Below are positions 36,796 to 45,670 of a stretch of 49,261 bases of DNA, in pieces. The notes under the pieces are model-generated. The model did no database searches. It was not told where the DNA came from and saw only the letters and a list, made by a program, of their open reading frames with translations. The stretch comes from Puniceicoccales bacterium (lineage in GTDB: Bacteria > Verrucomicrobiota > Verrucomicrobiia > Opitutales > JAIRKQ01). The stretch spans positions 1 through 49,261 of the forward strand of contig JAIRMM010000040.1 of the NCBI GenBank assembly GCA_031258695.1, in the 5' to 3' direction. Made by a program: the position numbers and the translations under genes. Every line of letters starts with the position of its first letter. Positions within the stretch are counted from its first letter, which is position 1.

Positions 36796-38027
36796 TTTGG
36801 AGACCATTTACACAGGAAAAAACCACGGTTCCAGCGATCAAAATAGTTCGTGGAGAGGGGGTTTATCTATTTTCTGAAACCGGGGAAAAGTATATGGATA
36901 TGATATCCAGCTGGTGGGTCAATATCCATGGCCATGGAAATGGGGAAATCGCAGAAGCAATCTATTCCCAGGCTAAAACACTGGAGCATGTCATATTTAC
37001 TAAATTTTCCCACGATCCAGCAGAAATATTGGTGGAAAATTTGAAAAAATTACTTCCGCCAAACCTATCGAAATTTTTCTTTTCCGATAACGGATCCACT
37101 TCCGTGGAAGTTGCCCTCAAAATGGCCTATCAATTTTTTAAAAACATGGGCATGGAAAAGCGTAACCTATTCCTTTGTTTGGAGGGAGGATACCACGGGG
37201 ATACTTTTGGGGCGATGAGTGTCGCAGGAAAATCTTCTCCGTACCATGGGACGTTTTCTGAACTGTTTTTCCATAGCCACCCGATGGATGTGCCAGAATA
37301 TTACGAAGGTTTGGAGGGTGTGGAAGAACGGGAGTCCAAAATCATAGAAGAATGGGAACGAAAATTATCGGCAATCGGGAATAGGGTCTGCGCCATAATA
37401 GTCGAGCCTCTCCTCCAGGGAGCTGCAGGGATGAGGCTATATCGTCCGAAATTTCTTGAAAAGCTTGTTCATGCCGTTCGTCCCTACGGAATTCTTGTAA
37501 TTTTCGATGAGGTAATGACGGGATTTTACCGTACCGGAAAGATGTTTGCCATGGATCACACGAATATAATACCGGATTTCATCTGCTTGTCGAAGGGTAT
37601 TAGCGGTGGATTTCTTCCCCTCGGAATGACCGTAACCACGGAAAAAATTTACGATGCGTTTCTGTCGGACGATCCACGTAAAACTTTCATACATGGTCAT
37701 TCCTATACTGCTAACCCAATTTCCTGTGCAGCCGCAAACAAGTCATTGGAAATACTTTTACGCCAAGAAACCCTCGAAAACATCAAAATGATATCGGAAT
37801 TCCACAAAAAGGCCATTTTAAAAAATGTTTACCGGAGAAGGAGCTTCGGTACGATGTCCGCCTTTGACGTTGGTTCGTCGGCACAACGGGATTATCTGGT
37901 AGAATCCGCTTTCCGAAAGGGAATATTTCTGCGACCGCTGGGGAATACGATATATTTTCTACCGTCCTACTGCATAGCAGAAGAAGAGTTGGACAAAGCC
38001 TATGCGATCGTTAGTGAATTTTTATGA
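36792..38027 (+). CDS. bioA: Adenosylmethionine-8-amino-7-oxononanoate aminotransferase
   Basis: The start overlaps the bioD stop (GTGA). Class III aminotransferase motifs are SSWWVNIHGH, DEVMTGFYRTGKMFA and LSKGISGGFLPLG (PLP lysine). Confidence 0.85.
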   Translation: MIWRPFTQEKTTVPAIKIVRGEGVYLFSETGEKYMDMISSWWVNIHGHGNGEIAEAIYSQAKTLEHVIFTKFSHDPAEILVENLKKLLPPNLSKFFFSDNGSTSVEVALKMAYQFFKNMGMEKRNLFLCLEGGYHGDTFGAMSVAGKSSPYHGTFSELFFHSHPMDVPEYYEGLEGVEERESKIIEEWERKLSAIGNRVCAIIVEPLLQGAAGMRLYRPKFLEKLVHAVRPYGILVIFDEVMTGFYRTGKMFAMDHTNIIPDFICLSKGISGGFLPLGMTVTTEKIYDAFLSDDPRKTFIHGHSYTANPISCAAANKSLEILLRQETLENIKMISEFHKKAILKNVYRRRSFGTMSAFDVGSSAQRDYLVESAFRKGIFLRPLGNTIYFLPSYCIAEEELDKAYAIVSEFL

Positions 38028-38036
38028 AAAGTTACC

Positions 38037-38984
38037 ATGGAGAACACTTTTGAGAAGGCAAAGGAGATTTTCAATTATCCATTTTTTAAGCTTATCCGAA
38101 TGGCCCACGAAGTGCATATTGAAAATTTCGATGGACAAAGGGTACAAATAAGCGGTATTCTGAGTGTAAAAACGGGGGGATGTTCGGAAGACTGCGCCTA
38201 CTGCGCCCAATCCATTAGGAATGGATCGAAATTTCCAAAGCAGCCGATGCTAGGTTTAGAAACCGTGGTGGCAGCTGCGAAAGAAGCCAAAAGTAGAGGA
38301 GCCAGTAGGTTTTGCATGAGCACTTCCGGGAGACGTCCATCGTCTGAAACGGAGTTCGATGAAATTTGTAAAATGATAAAAGAAGTAAAATCATTAGGCA
38401 TGGAAACCTGCGTAACCCTCGGCATGGTCAGTGAAGAACAGGCCATCAGATTAAAACAATCGGGACTGGACTATTACAACCACAACGTGGATACCTCCCC
38501 TGATTTTTACGGCAAAATAGTTTCAACCCATAGCATCGATGACCGGATAAAAACCATAGCCGTCGTTCAAAATGCCGGAATTAACATATGTTCCGGCGGC
38601 ATTGTTGGCATGGGAGAAACAAATGACGATAGGATAAAAATGCTCGTTTTACTGGCAAATTTAAAAGTGCCGCCCCGGTGTGTGCCCATAAACAAATTGG
38701 TAAAAATTCCCGGGACAAGGGTGGATGATAGTCATCCCATAGACGATTTCGACTTTGTTCGATTGGTTGCCCTAGCAAGAATTCTAATGCCACGGTCCTA
38801 CGTCAAGATCGCGGCGGGACGCAACACTTTTTCGGATGGCATACAGGCTTTATGCATGTTTGCCGGGGCAAATGCTCTGTTTTCCAGTGAAAAATTACTC
38901 ACCGTTGACAACATAAAAGATGGTACCGACAAAAATCTGTTCGCCAGGCTCGACATCCAACTGGAACAATCGTCAAATGTCTAA
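38037..38984 (+). CDS. bioB: Biotin synthase (radical SAM)
   Basis: The CxxxCxxC motif is GGCSEDCAYCAQS. YNHNVDTS and ICSGGIVGMGET are also present. Confidence 0.9.
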   Translation: MENTFEKAKEIFNYPFFKLIRMAHEVHIENFDGQRVQISGILSVKTGGCSEDCAYCAQSIRNGSKFPKQPMLGLETVVAAAKEAKSRGASRFCMSTSGRRPSSETEFDEICKMIKEVKSLGMETCVTLGMVSEEQAIRLKQSGLDYYNHNVDTSPDFYGKIVSTHSIDDRIKTIAVVQNAGINICSGGIVGMGETNDDRIKMLVLLANLKVPPRCVPINKLVKIPGTRVDDSHPIDDFDFVRLVALARILMPRSYVKIAAGRNTFSDGIQALCMFAGANALFSSEKLLTVDNIKDGTDKNLFARLDIQLEQSSNV

Positions 38985-39024
38985 AATTCATCCCAAATTT
39001 CTATACCCCATTGCGTCCTAGCAT

Positions 39025-39780
39025 TTAATCTGTTTCCGTCGTTTTACATCTCTCTATGCAAGCTTCCGCTAGGATCGACAGCGAATCGGCTATGGGCTTA
39101 CTTTTGTGGTATTTATCCCTCACTGCCAAAGGAATTTCCGTACATCCTAGAACAATGACATCGGATCCCTGGGCAACTAAATCATCCATTGCGCCTGTGA
39201 AAAATGCTCTGGCTTTTTCGGGCGAAGCGTATTGCAGTCCACGTTTTACCGCCACAATTCCACCGTCGACGGATTGCTGCAAATTTTCTTTGGGAAATAA
39301 AAATTCCAAGGAGCAACCTAGGGACTGGGAATGTTTTTGATAAATTTGGGAAGATCGTGTGCCCGCGCTACACAGTAGTCCAACTTTTTTTGCTTCCGGA
39401 TGTTTTTCCAATATGAAAAATAGTGTTTCATTTACTATGTTCACGAATGGAAGGCCGACGGCATGTTCGATCTCTCCGATTACGCAATGGGCCGTATTGC
39501 ACGGAATGCAGCAAATTGTTGCCCCACAGGTTTTCAATTTTCTACCAACTCCAATAAAATATGGCGCGAACGAAACGTTGCTCTTCCCCGCTGCAAAAGC
39601 AATCCTATTCGGTGCCTGGGTCGCCTGAAATAATATCATTTCGGGCTGTTGGTCATCGTCCAAACACCCAAGTTCGGTAAGTCTTTTTTCTATGCGGTGG
39701 GCCAGCTCATTGGCCGCCGCCACCCCACAACCACCAATAATCCCTATGGTCTCTTTCGTATAGGCAGACATAAATATCAC
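39025..39780 (-). CDS. Aspartate/glutamate racemase-family protein (aspartate racemase-like)
   Basis: Motifs are IGIIGGCG and both catalytic-Cys motifs, IPCNTAH and LGCTEIPL. The GTG at 39780 overlaps the clpP stop (GTGA). An alternative ATG is at 39771. Confidence 0.75.
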   Translation of the reverse strand: MIFMSAYTKETIGIIGGCGVAAANELAHRIEKRLTELGCLDDDQQPEMILFQATQAPNRIAFAAGKSNVSFAPYFIGVGRKLKTCGATICCIPCNTAHCVIGEIEHAVGLPFVNIVNETLFFILEKHPEAKKVGLLCSAGTRSSQIYQKHSQSLGCSLEFLFPKENLQQSVDGGIVAVKRGLQYASPEKARAFFTGAMDDLVAQGSDVIVLGCTEIPLAVRDKYHKSKPIADSLSILAEACIERCKTTETD

Positions 39781-40388
39781 TTGGACTCAGGAATTTCAAC
39801 CTTGTTTTCTATTACGGCGTCCACGATGCCATATTCCTTTGCTTCCGTTGCAGTCATGAAAAAATCACGGTCAGAATCCCTTTCAATCTGTTCTATGCTG
39901 CGGGTGCTATGCTTTGCAAGAATTTCGTTTATGACCTTGCGCCATCTCAAAATTTCCTTTGCGGCGATGGAAATATCGGAAGTTTGACCACTGGCACCCC
40001 CCCTCGGTTGATGAATCATGATCCTGCTATTTGGTAGGGCGAACCGTTTGCCCTTTGTTCCTGCGGCCAACAGAATCGTTCCCATGCTGGCCGCTTGGCC
40101 GATGCAATAGGTAACGACGTCACAGCGCACAAACTGCATGGTGTCGTAGATTGCCATTCCCGACGTTACGCTTCCACCCGGTGAATTTACGTAGACATGA
40201 ATGTCCTTTTTCGGATCTTCCATCTGCAAAAAAAGTAGCTGGGCGACAACGGCATTGGCGACAAAATCATCGATCTGCGTTCCAATGAAAATGATCCTAT
40301 CCTTCAACAATCTGCTATAAATATCCCACGAGCGCTCACTGCGGCCATCCTTTTCATAGATATACGGTAATGGTAGATAACTTCCCAT
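39777..40388 (-). CDS. clpP: ATP-dependent Clp protease proteolytic subunit
   Basis: 203 aa. Motifs are [17 protein letters not shown], the Ser motif GQAASMG and the His motif RIMIHQP. Confidence 0.9.
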   Translation of the reverse strand: MGSYLPLPYIYEKDGRSERSWDIYSRLLKDRIIFIGTQIDDFVANAVVAQLLFLQMEDPKKDIHVYVNSPGGSVTSGMAIYDTMQFVRCDVVTYCIGQAASMGTILLAAGTKGKRFALPNSRIMIHQPRGGASGQTSDISIAAKEILRWRKVINEILAKHSTRSIEQIERDSDRDFFMTATEAKEYGIVDAVIENKVEIPESK

Positions 40389-40588
40389 GGTCCCTTTTTA
40401 AGCAAAAGTATTATAAAAGCAAGAATCTTTGCGATGAATTCCCCACAAACCTCCGATATTCCGGGAAAGAACGAAATGTAAAAACATGGTTTGACATTTC
40501 CGTGGAAAGGGCTACGCTTTTACGTTGCCGTCAATATTGGATGTTGGATGAACCGTTTTTACACTAAAAAATATAACTGGCTAAGATT

Positions 40589-40912
40589 ATGAAGGGAGTA
40601 AGTACCAGTTCTCCGGTTACAAACCAGGAGGTAAACAATAGCGAAACAGGGATATTCGGCCGTGCCATTCGATGGTGCGAAAACCGAAGGTGGAATGGGA
40701 TAGCCGCCCTCTTAAGTAAAATAACGGGCATACCTCTGAGTGACCGCGAAGACCAATCGACCATTCGCCGAGGAACGTCTCCTCAGACCATGGCCGCCAT
40801 GTGCAATTTAATCATCTTCCTGTCACATAGCCTCGGCACCTCCCTCGTCGATTTTATTTGCCTCTGCTCCCGCTCCCACTCCGCCCCTCCTAATCTTTTG
40901 ACGGAGAACTAA
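40589..40912 (+). CDS. Hypothetical protein (weakly supported ORF)
   Basis: 107-aa ORF in an otherwise gene-poor 1.2-kb stretch. It has no SD and no motif, and it overlaps a minus-strand ORF of similar quality. Confidence 0.25.
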   Translation: MKGVSTSSPVTNQEVNNSETGIFGRAIRWCENRRWNGIAALLSKITGIPLSDREDQSTIRRGTSPQTMAAMCNLIIFLSHSLGTSLVDFICLCSRSHSAPPNLLTEN

Positions 40913-41094
40913 ATGGCCCTGTCCCATTTCAGGATTCCCATTTCGGGTTTGCGATTTTCTGGCTTGCAATTCCTCATTCCCGACTTGCCATTCCCAAGGT
41001 TCCAGCTGTCCGGTTGGTCATTTCCGTAGTTGTTCATCCCCACCCACAGCAGTATCCGCAAATAGTCATACAATCTGCCGTTTATGCTCTTCAG

Positions 41095-41238
41095 CTACTC
41101 GCCCTGCCCACTGAGCGTACCGGGCAACGGCAATCCTCCTCCCATCGTCTTACATCCTCCGCACACCACCACGCACAGCATGCTTCCCACAAACAGTATA
41201 CTTACCAATACTTTCCTTGTCCCTTTTCCTACTATCAC
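41095..41238 (-). CDS. Candidate small lipoprotein (47 aa), below the ORF-track cutoff
   Basis: The minus-strand reading, from a GTG start, is MIVGKGTRKVLVSILFVGSMLCVVVCGGCKTMGGGLPLPGTLSGQGE*. It has a basic n-region, a hydrophobic core and Cys residues in a lipobox-like position. An internal ATG is at 41181. No SD was checked. Confidence 0.25.
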   Translation of the reverse strand: MIVGKGTRKVLVSILFVGSMLCVVVCGGCKTMGGGLPLPGTLSGQGE

Positions 41239-41393
41239 TAGCCTTCCTTCCGGCTCCTAGGTTACTACTTTTTACTATTTTTTCAATGCTTTTACGTTTT
41301 TGCTAGTTTTATTATCCCTCCTTTTTACCAATTTCTATGAAAAAGAAACCTGGGAATGGGATTTTCGGTCAACCTTTTTGGTGGAACATTGGT

Positions 41394-41473
41394 GGATGTG
41401 TTAAAAAGCAGAAGAGGATGAAAAGAGCAGAGGGTACAGCCATCCCTTTGCCGGCGACATTTAAATGGATAAA
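41394..41473 (+). repeat. Copy A of an approximately 77-80-bp conserved element, about 100 bp upstream of the repeat-protein gene
   Basis: The sequence is ggatgtgttaaaaagcagaagaggatgaaaagagcagagggtacagccatccctttgccggcgacatttaaatggataaa. It contains the perfect palindrome CATTTAAATG at 41458-41467. Confidence 0.9.
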
Positions 41474-41574
41474 GCGAGGCGAAAGAAAATTTCCCCATCT
41501 TCCGATGTGAAACAAGGTATTAAATTTTTACAAAAAAATTGCTATTTTTGTATTTTTTTGTATTTTTTTTCCAC

Positions 41575-44500
41575 ATGGAAAGAATGACAACAAGTGTTTT
41601 AAGAGAAGGTGAAAATATTTTTGAGACAATAGGGCAAATATTGACTCAAATAAGGCCTGGTCTGATCCCAGAAGGAAACATACCATTTCCGGGTGGCGAT
41701 GTAGATACTAAGGCTCTTGAAGAGAGAGAAACGACTTTAGATCTGCTTTCAGCCGATGAATCCAGAGAGTTTGCAAATAGACTGATTGAGGGTGGCGAGG
41801 TAGGTTTAAGATGTTTAAATACCTTGCTTAATAAAGGCAGAATAAGAAATCTTCAGTTAAGTGAAGCCGAAGCCAGAAATTTTTTGTATAGACTGCTTGA
41901 GGGTGGAGAGGCGGGCTTAAGATGTTTAAATACCTTGCTTAATAGAGGCAGACTAAGAAACTTTCGTTTAGATGAAACCGCACCCAGAGAGTTTGCAGAT
42001 AGATTGATTGGGCATGGCGAGTGGGGTTTAAGATGTTTAAATACCTTGCTTCATGAAGAGGGACTAAGAAATCTTAATTACAATGAATTAACACCTGCCC
42101 AAGCCAGAGAGTTTGCGCATAGACTGATTGGGCATGGCGAGGCGGGCTTAGAATGTTTAAATACCTTGCTTAATAAAGGCAGAATAGGAAATCTTCAGTT
42201 AAGTGAAGCCGAAGCCACAGAGTTTGTAGATAGACTGATTGGGCATGGCGAGGCGGGCTTAGAATATTTAAATACCTTGTTTGATAAAGGCATACTAAGA
42301 AACTTTCGTTTAAATGAAGCCGAATCCAGCAGTTTTGCACATATACTGATTGGGCATGGCGAGAGGGGGTTAGAATGTTTAAATACCTTGCTTTATAAAG
42401 GCAGACTAAGAAACTTTCGTTTAGATAAAGCCGCATCCAGAGAGTTTGCAGATAGACTGATTGGGTATGGCAAGGTGGGCTTAGGACGTTTAGATACCTT
42501 GCTTAATAAAGGCAAACTGGAAAATCTTAATTACGATGAATCAACACCTGTCCAAGCCAGAGGTTTTGCAGATAGACTGATTGGGCATGGCGAGGCGGGC
42601 TTAGAATATTTAAATACCTTGCTTAATGAAGGCAGAATAAGAAATCTTAATTACAATGAATTAACATCTGCCCAAGCCAGAGAGTTTGCAGATAGACTGA
42701 TTGGGCATGGCGAGTGGGGCTCAAGATGTTTAAATACCCTGCTTAATGAAGGCAGAATAAGAAATCTTCAGTTAAGTGAAACCGAAGCCAGAAATTTTTT
42801 GTATAGACTGCTTGATAAGAATAGCTGGCGGAGTGCGGAGTGTTTGATGCCAGGCACATTCCTAAACTTTCATCCAGAGAATTTAGATTCTGCCGAAGCC
42901 ACAAAGTTTGTATTTAAAGTGATTGACAATGGTGGCAAGAGGGATGTAGAGTATTTAAGAGTTTTAATTGGGGAAGGCAAATTACCAAACTTTCATCCAG
43001 AAACTTTAAATTCCGCCGATGCCGAAAAGCTTGCAGATAGGATACTTCGTAAAAATAGTCTGGAGGCTGTGAAGCTACTAGGTTATTTAATAATGGCTGA
43101 AAAATTGCCAAATTTTAATCCGGCAAAAAATTTGATGACGCTCGTGAGATGCGGTCTGCCTGGTATGGCCTTACTTAACAAGTTAGTGCTTGGGGAAAGC
43201 CCAAGAATTGGGCTAGGGGAATTACCTCTAACACAAGCCCTATGTCTTGCAGGAACAATGATTAAGGAGGGTGGTCGGGATGGAGCGAAACACTTATGTT
43301 CCTTAATTGAGGAAAAGAAACTCCCAAATCTTCAACTCCCAAACAAGAATATATCTGCTTTCGATGCTTCCTCCATCGGACTTACCGTACGGCAGTTGCT
43401 TTGTGAGGGTGGCCCGTATGGTGCGAAGTGTTTAAGACTTTTAATTGAGAAAGGCACATTTTTACCGAAGAATTTAGATCCTGCCGCCTCCAAATGGCTT
43501 GCAAGGACATTGCTTGTCAGGGGTGCCCGTGAGGGTGCAAAATGTTTAAAGTTTTTGCTTGAACAAGGCAAATTGCCAAGCCTTAACCTGAATGATTTAT
43601 CAAAAAATGACTCCACCGGGTTTTTAAAGAACCTATTTAGGTGTGGTCCGGAGGGTAGAGAATGCTTATTTTTCATTCTTAATCAAGGCACACCACAGCT
43701 TGATCTACTAACAAACCTTAAACTGCAGGATTTATCAGAAACCGACTCCTGTTTTTTGGCAGAGGAATTGCTTGGGGGTAGGGAATTCGGCGTAAAATGT
43801 TTTAATATCTTGATCGAAAAAGGCCAATTGCCAGGACTTAAGCTTGATAAATTAAGTGAAGGAGCGTTACTACAACTTGATCTTCATCTATTCCCGTCAA
43901 CTCAGCTTACAACATTAGCCGAAACGTTGTTTGTTAGTTCGCCTAGGCCGAGTCTGCTAGTAAGGTTGATTGAACAAAATAAACTATTCTTTGATCCGAA
44001 TTCTTTATTCTCTAAGTTCCCTGAACAATTCGAAACTTTTGCCATGGCATCGGCAGGATATGGTGCATTTGGCGGAAGACTATTAACAGAGTTAACATTG
44101 GTCCCCGATCGTCCTTTTTTCTCTTTACCAGAAACATCCAAAGCTTTTGTACATAGGTTACTTAGGTGTAGTCCATCTGGCATGGAATTTACAACAACGC
44201 TGATTGAACAAGGAAAATTGCCACATCTTGCCTTGCCAGTGGACACGGCCACACAAACTTATGCCGACAAATTTAGACTCCTACATTTAAAATTGGAAGG
44301 CGTAATCGGTAATAGGTCATTGGGTGATGTTCATAGTGAATCAACGTATATGCCTTTGAAGGAAGCCCGTAGGGTTTGGCAAGGAATAGCGAATGAAGTG
44401 GCGGTGGATTGTTTCGATGGAGGTGGCTATGTCAATGTCGAAAAGCTCAGAACATGGATGGAGTTTTTCGGAAATGCAGAAGTTTTCGAGGCCATACCGT

Positions 44501-45594
44501 ACCGTTTCATTCCCCAAGTGGAGTTAATGCGTTCCCAGATATACACGGTATGTGAATGCCTTGTTGCCAATAGAAACAACGTAATGGATATATTAAATCT
44601 CGCCAGGAATATCATCCCTGGGCCCTATGGGCTATTTCTTTTAAATATCATGTCGCGGGGCAGGAAACCACTTTTGACCCCTGCCGAAGCCATACTGGCA
44701 TCCCTGTTCTCTCTCCACAGGCAACTTGGTTTGCCAACATGCACCATAGACGCTCTTATCAGCGCAGAAATCCGAAACCATCCGGAACGGCTGATACTAA
44801 TGTATGGGCAGATATTACGCGGTGGCCAATTCCTCCTTCCGAGCGGGTTCACAGTCCAACTACTACCAATAGTAAATGATTCCATCACCGTTGATTTGAA
44901 AAATGGCGGGAGAGGGAAAGATAGTGTATTTGAGGATATTGAATGTAGCATCCCTTCTGTAATCGACGAGCGAATAAAAGTGTGGCAAGAAGAAGGGATA
45001 AAATACGTTGTCACACCCCATATGGAAGAACGATATAGACTCACATATCCGGTACATAACATGAATGCGGTGCTATTTCTTCACATATTACAGGCGTCTA
45101 ACTTTGGAAATTGGAAAATACACGGCAATAACTATGGCGTCACACAGATATACGCCGGGCACGAGGCAACTGCCGAAATATCAATCCCAATGGATAGGGC
45201 AAAACATTTAAATGGAATGGCAGAATTAAAAAAACAGGCCGAAGCCCGACAGAAACTTGGAGACCACTTCATCTATGTGGGAACAAATGGTACAATATAC
45301 ACAATACCTGCTACCCATGCAGAAAACATTGACATCGATGCCCTACTTGCCTTAGATTTGGACAATATGCATATCGGAAGGGCATACCCCTTCGGTGATC
45401 GCAATTGGTATAATAGAGAGATATCACGGGATATTCCCCGTCTGGCAATTAGAAGAACGGATGATACTCCAACCTATGAATTTGGAATCTTGAATGGATA
45501 CCGTTTCACCCCAACTAACATATCAACGGTCATGATTTGTGACATCGATATCCAGCGTCGCACGGATCAATCTGCACTTGTTTTTCCCTCCTAG
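41575..45594 (+). CDS. Tandem-repeat protein: about 20 helical repeats of 37-41 aa followed by an unassigned C-terminal domain of about 450 aa
   Basis: I prefer the ATG at 41575 (MERMTTSV...) over the TTG at 41539, which would add a poly-Phe leader. The repeat consensus is (R/T)EFA(D/H)RLIGHGEAGLECLNTLLNKGR(I/L)RN(L/F). It decays towards KCLxxLIExGKLPNLxL. There is no signal peptide. Confidence 0.85.
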   Translation: MERMTTSVLREGENIFETIGQILTQIRPGLIPEGNIPFPGGDVDTKALEERETTLDLLSADESREFANRLIEGGEVGLRCLNTLLNKGRIRNLQLSEAEARNFLYRLLEGGEAGLRCLNTLLNRGRLRNFRLDETAPREFADRLIGHGEWGLRCLNTLLHEEGLRNLNYNELTPAQAREFAHRLIGHGEAGLECLNTLLNKGRIGNLQLSEAEATEFVDRLIGHGEAGLEYLNTLFDKGILRNFRLNEAESSSFAHILIGHGERGLECLNTLLYKGRLRNFRLDKAASREFADRLIGYGKVGLGRLDTLLNKGKLENLNYDESTPVQARGFADRLIGHGEAGLEYLNTLLNEGRIRNLNYNELTSAQAREFADRLIGHGEWGSRCLNTLLNEGRIRNLQLSETEARNFLYRLLDKNSWRSAECLMPGTFLNFHPENLDSAEATKFVFKVIDNGGKRDVEYLRVLIGEGKLPNFHPETLNSADAEKLADRILRKNSLEAVKLLGYLIMAEKLPNFNPAKNLMTLVRCGLPGMALLNKLVLGESPRIGLGELPLTQALCLAGTMIKEGGRDGAKHLCSLIEEKKLPNLQLPNKNISAFDASSIGLTVRQLLCEGGPYGAKCLRLLIEKGTFLPKNLDPAASKWLARTLLVRGAREGAKCLKFLLEQGKLPSLNLNDLSKNDSTGFLKNLFRCGPEGRECLFFILNQGTPQLDLLTNLKLQDLSETDSCFLAEELLGGREFGVKCFNILIEKGQLPGLKLDKLSEGALLQLDLHLFPSTQLTTLAETLFVSSPRPSLLVRLIEQNKLFFDPNSLFSKFPEQFETFAMASAGYGAFGGRLLTELTLVPDRPFFSLPETSKAFVHRLLRCSPSGMEFTTTLIEQGKLPHLALPVDTATQTYADKFRLLHLKLEGVIGNRSLGDVHSESTYMPLKEARRVWQGIANEVAVDCFDGGGYVNVEKLRTWMEFFGNAEVFEAIPYRFIPQVELMRSQIYTVCECLVANRNNVMDILNLARNIIPGPYGLFLLNIMSRGRKPLLTPAEAILASLFSLHRQLGLPTCTIDALISAEIRNHPERLILMYGQILRGGQFLLPSGFTVQLLPIVNDSITVDLKNGGRGKDSVFEDIECSIPSVIDERIKVWQEEGIKYVVTPHMEERYRLTYPVHNMNAVLFLHILQASNFGNWKIHGNNYGVTQIYAGHEATAEISIPMDRAKHLNGMAELKKQAEARQKLGDHFIYVGTNGTIYTIPATHAENIDIDALLALDLDNMHIGRAYPFGDRNWYNREISRDIPRLAIRRTDDTPTYEFGILNGYRFTPTNISTVMICDIDIQRRTDQSALVFPS
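41758..42830 (+). repeat. High-identity coding tandem repeats (111-120-bp period, about 9-10 copies); diverged copies continue to about 44230
   Basis: gagtttgcagatagactgattgggcatggcgag(g/t)(c/g)gggcttag(a/g)atgtttaaataccttgcttaat recurs along this span. Three alternative linker types are interspersed (NLQLSEAEA, NFRLDxxAx, NLNYNELTxAQA). Confidence 0.9.
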
Positions 45595-45670
45595 GATATG
45601 TTGAAAAGCAGAAGAGAATGAAAGGGTAGAGGGCAGCCATCCCTTTGCCAGCGACATTTAAATGGATAAA
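45594..45670 (+). repeat. Copy B of the approximately 77-bp conserved element, starting at the stop codon of the repeat-protein gene and about 320 bp upstream of the 844-aa gene
   Basis: The sequence is ggatatgttgaaaagcagaagagaatgaaagggtagagggcagccatccctttgccagcgacatttaaatggataaa. The palindrome CATTTAAATG is at 45655-45664. It is nearly identical to copy A apart from a few substitutions and a 3-nt indel. Confidence 0.9.

Noticed and set aside
40913-41010. Short direct repeats at 14-bp spacing (tcccatttc twice, cattccc twice) as a possible operator array.
   Set aside because: Only two copies of each 7-9-mer are present. The spacing does not match a helical repeat, and the local composition is biased enough for chance recurrence.
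41014-41241. A 75-aa plus-strand ORF (MVISVVVHPHPQQYPQ...).
   Set aside because: It is a Pro/His/Gln-rich low-complexity translation that reflects the C/T-rich strand. It has no start context and overlaps the somewhat more plausible minus-strand micro-ORF.
41758-42830. Regularly spaced repeats of about 111-120 bp that could superficially look like a CRISPR or satellite array.
   Set aside because: They lie in one continuous open reading frame. The period is a multiple of 3, the so-called spacers are conserved linker variants, and there is no repeat/unique-spacer alternation. These are coding tandem repeats.
41394-45670. The ~77-bp direct repeats read as integron attC sites or mobile-element ends flanking a cassette.
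   Set aside because: No RYYYAAC or GTTRRRY core sites are in the right positions. No integrase or transposase is in the window and there is no third copy after the next gene. I kept the repeats as a finding but not as a mobile element call.
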